Below, one piece after another: positions 35,195-42,593 of a DNA stretch of 42,593 bases. The stretch's first letter is position 1; each line of letters begins with the position of its first letter. Made by a program: the position numbers and the translations under genes. The notes below the pieces were generated by a model, which was given only the letters and a program-made list of their open reading frames with translations, was not told where the DNA came from and ran no database searches. The DNA lies in the NCBI RefSeq assembly GCF_001194135.2, contig NC_068989.1, positions 20,353,890-20,396,482 on the forward strand, read 5' to 3'. The DNA is from Octopus bimaculoides (Eukaryota).

Positions 35195-35640
35195 GTCGAA
35201 ATTTAAGTCATAAGAAGTGAAAATCTATGAAAAGAAGACAAGATCCTGTTCCCATTGGAAACGAGATGTAGGAGATTTAATGTTCGAGGCCAAACCAAAG
35301 CCGAAGTGTTGTTGGATTGGTTGGTAGATCGTAAGTGTTGAGCGACAGGTAGCCTTTGATATGTCCTTGATATACTACGCGAACCTGTCAGAGGCCAGTT
35401 TGAAGAGGGAATACTTGAGCGCATAGACGAGAGTAGAAGTGAACGGAAGGAATACCTAACATGGAAGATGCGGTGGCTGGGTCCGTTGACGGCAGTGGTG
35501 TTGAAAAGGAAAAGTCAAGTGTACCAGCGGGGACAACAAAAAAAAAAAAGGATGGATCCAGAGTGGGTATGGGGTTGAAACAGGAGGAGCTATGAACGAA
35601 AGGCTACGGTTGCTGCGGTGGGGGCAGTGACTGCGGAGAT
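35195..35640 (-). mobile_element. PLE GIY-YIG endonuclease remnant, Neptune-like
   Basis: Minus: TVAFRS, CPRW.T, TAVNGPSHRIFHVRYSF, STLVYAL, DRFA*YIKDI, LPVAQHLRSTNQS, RFQWEQDLVF...YDLN; heavily disrupted. 34100-35195 is probably its UTR/pLTR. Confidence 0.65.
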
Positions 35641-36560
35641 TGTATTTGTTTAATGTGATACTTGTTTTGTGGGGGGAAATGTTTTTGGCGTATTCTGAAA
35701 AATAATTTAGCTATTGGTGAGGAGACTTGTATGTTACGAAGGAGATTCAACCAGATAACTTTGCTTTTCTATTCGTACATTGTTTTATCTATTGTGGGTA
35801 TAGTATTGTACATCTACGTTTTCCTTATAACCGTTATTATTGAGAACTTCGTCATATGGAGTTGCTATTTCGTTGAGTATTTTTCATTGGAAGGTAAAGA
35901 AAGTCTTACGGGTATGTTCCTAACTAGGTTTTTTCCTTATGTTTTGGAGATGGTTGGCTTCTCTATGTATATATTGGACTTTTCGCTATCTCTCTTGTAA
36001 GGTTTATAGATAAAGGAGTTGAAATCGAAGGTAACATTCAGAAAGTTTACTGATTCTAGGTGTGCGTTACCGCAATAGAGAAACCTAAGTTTTTAAAGAA
36101 GTGTTATAGTTCTTTCCTAAATTTATCGTTTTTTTTTGTGGGTTGTAGTCTCTTAGTAGCTGTAGACAGTCGTCCTTGTAGAGTCTACCTAAGATGAATG
36201 GAAATTCGCTGCGTGAGCTTACAAATATGTCAAGGCCGATGATGTTGCTTTCCTCTGCTAAGTCTTTTGATCCTATGCTTACATTAAATGATTCTTAAGT
36301 GTTTTTCTTAATCCAGAAGAGCATTGTTGTAGAAGAGGTGGGATTTCCTTACTTCTAATATTGTTCCTATTTTAGTGTCATTTATTATGGTTATTGTCTT
36401 TGCGAAGTTCAAAGCAGCCATAAGAATAGATTTTGTTATTGATAAGTTATAATATTTCATCTCAAACTGGAAGACATAATATTCATTTTTGTTTAGAATC
36501 TTGTAAATACTTCGTATACGTTAGCCCAGAGAGGTAATGCCGAGATTGCTTTTATTTTTG
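35640..36560 (-). mobile_element. PLE reverse transcriptase remnant (YRDD-type)
   Basis: Minus: FQFEMKYYNLSIT (~FDI..FYPSI), AALNFAK, RKSHLF, SIGSKDLAEESNIIGL (~MGS.DGAE.CELVG), RLYKDDCL (~GLYRDDGL), VNFLNVTFD, YKPY, KVIWLN, KHFPP. Confidence 0.75.
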
Positions 36561-37124
36561 GCGAAAAGTTTTCTAGTTTTTTTTTTTTTTTAACTAATAA
36601 TATCTATTTTAATGGTTAGCCCGTGGCTTTGCTGAGTGCGAATCAAAACCGAATGACAATTGGTTGCAAAGTGAACTTTTACACCCACAGTTTGCTGATA
36701 TTTTAAACAATTTCTTATGCTAGATGTTTTCATCTGTGGAGAATAATTAACGTCACTTTGAATTTATAACAGTGCTCTAACTTTCCATTTTGCCTGAAAA
36801 CACTGCTTTCTAAAATGTCAACAACGACTATTGAATGTTGTCTACAATTTAAAGTAGTTGGACATATATATTTGGAATGAGTATATTCATGCCTTGAAGT
36901 AATTGATAACACTAAATTCTACTCTGAAAGACGTGGATAGTGTGCTAATTAAGAATAAATTAGTCCTATAAGAGCTTTCTGGGAGGGAGAAAGAAGAAGG
37001 ACAAGGAGAAGAAATGGGAAGAGGCGGAGGAGTAGGAGAAGAAGAAGAAACAAGTAGGAGAAAGCGAAATTTGAAGAGAAGAAAAAGAAGAAAATGAAAA
37101 TGAGCGTCAGTGCTGATTTCAAAA

Positions 37125-37126
<2 letters not shown>

Positions 37127-37204
<78 letters not shown>

Positions 37205-37530
37205 ATATATACATATATATAATGTGTGTGTGAATATATATACATATATATATAAAATATGTGTATACGTATGTGTGTGTATAAATATGTGTGTGTGTAT
37301 GTACTTACATATAAAATTAGTGTACATTTAAACACAAAACAGGTGACGCCTTACATACTAGAAGGAAGAGTCAAAGTCTATTGACTATTTTATACATGCT
37401 AGGCCACTGGTAGAAAAATTTCTATAATTTCCTTGCCCAGTATATTTTTCTATGTATACTTATATATATATATACATATACGCAAACATACATATGTATA
37501 TGTATATATATGTATATATATATATACATA
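37127..37530. repeat. (AT)n-rich microsatellite blocks
   Basis: Seen at ~37127-37315 and ~37450-37530. Confidence 0.9.
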
Positions 37531-37537
37531 TTTTCAT

Positions 37538-37916
37538 GGTGGCACTCCGTCGCTTACGACGTCGAGGGTTCCAGTTGATCCGATTAACGGAACAGCCTGC
37601 TCGTGAAATTAACGTACAAGTGGCTGAGCACTCCACAGACACGTGTACCCTTAACGTAGTTCTCGGGAATATTCAGCGTTACACAGTGTGACAAGGCTGA
37701 CCCTTTGAATTACAGGAACAACAGAAACAGGAAGTAAGAGTGAGAGAAAGTTGTGGCAAAAGAATACAGCAGGGTTCTTCACCATCCCCTGCCGGAGCCT
37801 CGTGGAGCTTTTAGGTGCTTTCGCTCAATAAACACTTACAACGCCCGGTCTGGGAATCGAAACCGCAATCCTATTACCACGAGTCCGCTGCCCTAACCAC
37901 TGGGCCATTGCGACTC
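37538..37916 (-). mobile_element. tRNA-derived SINE, family C
   Basis: Highly similar to 16826-17212 along its whole length. Confidence 0.92.
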
Positions 37917-38192
37917 NNNNNNNNNNTTAACGTAGTTCTCGGGAATATTCAGCGTTACACAGTGTGACAAGGCTGACCCTTTGAATTACAGGAACAACAG
38001 AAACAGGAAGTAAGAGTGAGAGAAAGTTGTGGCAAAAGAATACAGCAGGGTTCTTCACCATCCCCTGCCGGAGCCTCGTGGAGCTTTTAGGTGCTTTCGC
38101 TCAATAAACACTTACAACGCCCGGTCTGGGAATCGAAACCGCAATCCTATTACCACGAGTCCGCTGCCCTAACCACTGGGCCATTGCGACTC
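37917..38192 (-). other. 10-N gap plus a 266-bp duplicate of 37651-37916 (probable assembly artefact)
   Basis: 37927-38192 reads identical to 37651-37916 on the other side of a 10-N gap. Confidence 0.85.
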
Positions 38193-38914
38193 CGCATGTT
38201 TTCATTCCTATGTATGAATATTTAATGAAGAATAGGTACAGTAGCTGACACGCACAGTCAAAATTGAAAATAAAAATGCAAAAACAAAAAAACAAAAAAA
38301 AAACACGAACAAAACATACAATGCAAGACGAAACCGGAAACATTAATAAAACTAAAGTCAGGGACTCAACAACATTCCTATTGTTCATTAATGTTGCTTT
38401 TGTGTTGTAAAATTTTGTTTCGCTTACTTTTGTTTTGTTTTAATGTTTTCATATAAATATTATTATTGTTTGCTAGTTCGATATTCGAAATTGTTTTAAT
38501 GTTTTCGAAATTTTTTAATGTTTTTCTTTTTTGTTTAAATTCTCGAAATACGCCGTGTTTGTTATTCTCATGATACATATCGATCAGTTGGGAACGGGGA
38601 AATGTTTATTAGACTATATTGCTAATAAAACAAATGAGTGGTGTTTCAAGTGAGATACCCTCTTTTTTATGTTCATTTAATGAAGTCTGCTTTGGGCGAG
38701 AAAGAGAGATAAGTAGAGAAAGTTTGTATGTGTAAGTGAACGATAGGGCAAAAGCATAGTGTGTGTGACTATGTGTGTTGTACTGTGCCGGTAGTAATAT
38801 AGGTTGCTACAGCGAGATAATAGTAATGTGATGGCAGTGTTTACTCCAACCGTTATGCCACATAACCTGCCGTAGAATTTTTGCGGTTGTGTGGAGATTC
38901 AAGTCCTACTCAAT

Positions 38915-39070
38915 TATGCTAACCTATTCTATGTTAGCACAAATGAGCATTTGATCTGACACTTTACTGTATCGACCCAGAAAAATGAAAAGTTAATTTA
39001 ACCTCAGTGGGATTTGAACCCAGAATGTAAACAACCGCAACAAATACTGTAAGACTAATGATTCTGAAAC
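38915..39070 (-). mobile_element. SINE family B (old, partial)
   Basis: TATCGACCCAGAAAAATGAAAAG...AACCTCAGTGGGATTTGAACCCAGAATG. Confidence 0.6.
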
Positions 39071-39394
39071 TACTCCGCTGTCGCTCGTTGCTTATATAAT
39101 GAGAAAGTTGCAGTATAATGAGAACGGGAAAGCATTGAAAAAATTAACAATAAAGCTGAAGTAATTCTCTCCAAGTGCAATTAAAAATATGTAATAGCAG
39201 TATACACCAAAATCCCATGGTAATTTTGAAAACTTTAAGAGTTAGGAAAGTTTATAGAGAACGGTGAATACATTCATCTGGAAATTGTATTGTTACAGAA
39301 GCGTTTGCTATTCGAAATAGTGTAAAGTTTATAAATACTAAAGGCGCGTTATATATTTGAAAACTTGTTATACAAGTGGGTATTGAAAAGTTAC

Positions 39395-39591
39395 TGTCCG
39401 TAAGGGTGCCGCGAATGGCCTGGCTGGAGGCCGAAATTTCCGAGTTCTTTTACGAGGCTTAGAAAAACTGAAGGACTGCTGCAATAAGTGTGTGAATCTG
39501 AGAGGGAAATATATTGAATAAAATCACAATTAACTGATCTTCCTGTATATTCTTTTACCCAAAGCCAGGAACTTCTCAGCACTTCCTCGTA
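39395..39591 (+). mobile_element. mariner 3' fragment with right TIR and TA
   Basis: AWLEAEISEFFYE/LEKLKDCCNKCVNLRGKYIE* (mariner C-terminus), then AAAGCCAGGAACTTCTCAGCACTTCCTCG-TA. Confidence 0.8.
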
Positions 39592-39850
39592 CATTTGTCA
39601 ATGTTTCCGGTCGTTCTCATTTATTTTTATGTTTTTGTCAAGAAATGAATGCGTTCCAGAATGAATGAGCTCCATACAGTTATCCATGAGAAAATACTGG
39701 TTCATTTCTCTTCGCCATTTTCATATTAGTTAGAATCATTGAAAATATCCTTAAAGAATAAATTACATATTAAAAGCATAAAAAGTCTGAACTATGGAAC
39801 GATATCAAAGACATAATCTATTTTAAATAATATTCTACTATAGTACAAAG

Positions 39851-40062
39851 GCTGCAAACTAGCAGAGTCGTTACCACGCCAGGCAAAATGTTTAGCGGCA
39901 TTTTGTCTGTCTGCACGTTCTGGATTCAAATTCTGCCGAGCTCATCTTTGCCTCTCATCCTTTCGGGGGCCGACAAATTAAGTACCAGTTGAACACTGGG
40001 TCGATATAGTCGATTATCACTCTCCCCGCCAAATTCCTGGCCTTGTGTCAAAATTTGAAACT
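39851..40062 (+). mobile_element. SINE family B
   Basis: CTAGCAGAGTCGTTACCACGCCAGGCAAAATG...GTTCTGGATTCAAATTCTGCCGAG...CATCCTTTCGGGG...AAGTACCAGTTGAACACTGGGTCGAT. Confidence 0.88.
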
Positions 40063-40150
40063 AATATTCTGCCACGGTACGACTACATTGGTAAACCTTG
40101 AACAAATTTTAAGATATTCTGCTACGATCTTCTTTTCTGAAAACTTTGTA

Positions 40151-40317
40151 CGTGGCTGGACTTGAAGCCTCATTCTCAATCATCGAAGCATTGAAGCTGT
40201 CCCACTAACCTGTGGACATACACACCACATGCATGTACTTAAGGGTGTATATTCACAGTACAGTGTGTTAGCTGCAGTACTTCGTCAACTGGGAACGTGA
40301 ATTCAAGTCTAGCTACA
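40151..40317. mobile_element. Candidate TA-flanked MITE (167 bp)
   Basis: TA-CGTGGCTGGACTTGAA at the left versus the reverse complement of the right end TA-TGTAGCTAGACTTGAA (13 of 16 match, all mismatches transitions). Confidence 0.5.
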
Positions 40318-40413
40318 TATACTTTATATACATACATTTATACACACAGATGTATAAATGCTATTTATAAAAGCCGAAGAATTTCTTCACAACCTGTTAC
40401 TCATAGTATTGCT

Positions 40414-41391
40414 TGACCGTTCGTCGAACAACTGCGATAATACTGAACATAAAATTGTGTAGACACATATGAGATGAGACAACATCATATAATGTAGTCA
40501 TTAACAGCTCAACAAATAAGCAATTGAATTTGACTGGGTGTTTGATTTAAAAAAATAATAATGGAGTATGCAGGCTGCCAGAGGTGGGGGTTAACATAAA
40601 TAGTGGAATAAGCAAAAAATAATCAATAATTAAACCGAAAAACTTTGTACTAAAGCGATTAAAACGGACAGAATATATCCAAAAAATAAGAATTGCAAAT
40701 AATTGAAAGGAATAGTAGGATTGTAAAACTAGTCGAAATTATAGTGAAAGATTAAAATAAGAGTAGAAGCTATAGATGAGAAATATAATAAGTAAAAAAG
40801 TATCAAAAAATTATATAATGCTACAAGAAATGAAAAGAAATGATAACAATAAAAGAGAGAAGCGAAGTAAAAGGTTAAAGGGAGAAAAAAGTGGGGAGAG
40901 GAAGAAAAAATAAAGCAGAAACGGGGAGAGAAAGAGGTTGATCAAACAGGGAGAAGTAGACAAGAAGGAAAAGAATAATATAGGACATATAAGGATGGAG
41001 AAGTAACGAACGACCATTTTCCACTGGATATTCTTCGCGGCAGCTCCATTGCGGTCATTACCGTCAAAGAAGTCAAGGTTATTTTTTTTTAAAAGTGGGA
41101 AAGTACATGACAATAATAAGGATACATGAAGAAGTCGAAATGAGCTTTAAACGCGTTATAAAAGTTTTACGATCTAATTATCAATAATTTATTCTTTATT
41201 TCACTATTTAAGTTAACCTCCACCTCTGGCAGCTTGCATTCATCGTTGTTTTCTTTTAAATCAGTCGTCCAATCAAATTCAGTTATTCATTCGTTGATCT
41301 CTTAATGACTACGTTAATGATATTATGTCATATTATATTTGCCTACACAATTTTATGTTCAGTTTTATGGCAACTGTCCGTCGAACGGTCA
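40414..41391. repeat. Long inverted repeat / foldback: ~250-bp arms (40414-40663 and 41146-41391), ~480-bp spacer
   Basis: Shared blocks in inverted orientation: TGACCGTTCG.CG.ACA, ACTGAACATAAAATTGTGTAG, GTAGTCATTAA, GCTGCCAGAGGTGG.GGTTAAC.TAAATAGTG.AATAA. Confidence 0.85.
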
Positions 41392-41463
41392 CGTGAAACT
41401 CTACCTTTGGCATTCGAGTAATATTTTTCCACGTTGCTTTGCATTTATATGCTTACTTGTGTG

Positions 41464-41464
41464 A

Positions 41465-41552
<88 letters not shown>

Positions 41553-41733
41553 ACACACACATGTATATATATGTATTATGCGTGTGTGTGTGTGTGTGTT
41601 TATATTTTTCTTAGGCATAGCGCTACTAATAACCTGGAGTTAGATCTTAATATATATACGTTAGTCGAGTACAGAATTTCAAAGCTAAAAGCAACTCCCA
41701 GAAATATGTTGAACTAGATGAGATGATCTTATG

Positions 41734-41772
<39 letters not shown>

Positions 41773-42300
41773 GATACGCATATGAATCCCTATAAAAATA
41801 ACTATCTATACGAATACATGAAATATTGACAGAATATGTATGTTCATACAGATTGTACATATGATTGACCATAAAGAAACCCGAAAGAAAAAAAGGGAAT
41901 GCCGATAAATAGAAAGTGACAGAAACCAACATCTAGAGGAGTGTGTGTGTGAGAGAGAGATAGAGAGGGAGAGAGAGGGAGAGAGAAAGAGGGAGAGAGA
42001 GACAGAGAGAGAGAGAGAGACAGACAGAGAGAGAGAGGGAGAGAGAGAGAGAGAAAAGAAATGAAAGGCTTTTCAAAGAGTTGCCAAATTGGCCGACATA
42101 AGTATTCTTGTAAAATTGACAACCAGCAGTCAAGTACGAAGCGAAAGAAAAACTTGAAACATAGATAACAACGTGTATGTATACAGATAGAAAGAAAGCA
42201 TGTAGATATACACAAATATATGTCTACCTACACATACATATAGATATACATACACGCATATATATATACATATACGCATATACACAGATTTACATGCATG

Positions 42301-42367
<67 letters not shown>

Positions 42368-42370
42368 CTA
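41464..42370. repeat. (CA)n, (AT)n, (GA)n and (TCTA)n microsatellites
   Basis: Seen at ~41464-41560, ~41735-41770, ~41940-42055 and ~42300-42370. Confidence 0.93.
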
Positions 42371-42593
42371 TGGACAGACGGTAGACGTGTCGGCTCCGTA
42401 AGTTTTGCCTTTTTCATGTTTTAAAAAGTTTGTTTGTAAAGTTTATTTTATATAGAAAGTTGTATAACAACTTATAGACTCTCTGGTGCAAGTTTTTTGC
42501 AACGGAAATCTGCCCTGTGTGGCACATTTCCAGGATTTAAAAATTAATTTCGACTTTCTAGCCATTTTTATTTTGAGACGATGGCATCTTGTA

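Noticed and set aside
1-42593. CRISPR arrays, rRNA genes, prokaryotic operons or viral genes
   Set aside because: No regularly spaced repeat-spacer array, rRNA similarity or gene-dense segment seen; the content is typical of eukaryotic intergenic or intronic DNA.

Overview
AT-rich animal genomic DNA dense in microsatellites and decayed transposons, from a draft assembly with five N gaps. The SINE families and microsatellite load suggest an octopus or other coleoid cephalopod (inference). I cannot support any intact host protein-coding gene: most ORFs in the track are microsatellite or gap artefacts, and the rest are transposon remnants. Recognisable elements are a near-full-length degenerate Chapaev-type DNA transposon (5949-8179) with a second related fragment beside it, a full-length Tc1 DD34E element with TIRs and TA TSD (32211-33508), two mariner fragments, non-LTR remnants (R4/Dong-like, two RTE-like, CR1-like), several Penelope-like element (PLE) remnants, and about 12 copies of three tRNA-derived SINE families. 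The most notable unexplained structures are a ~200-bp head-to-head palindrome of a hammerhead-ribozyme-like motif (14061-14257), a possible chimeric PLE (35195-36560), a ~980-bp foldback with ~250-bp arms (40414-41391) and a near-perfect nested hairpin (53-152). I found no convincing new biological system; all findings are hypotheses from manual reading, with no database searches or folding calculations run.
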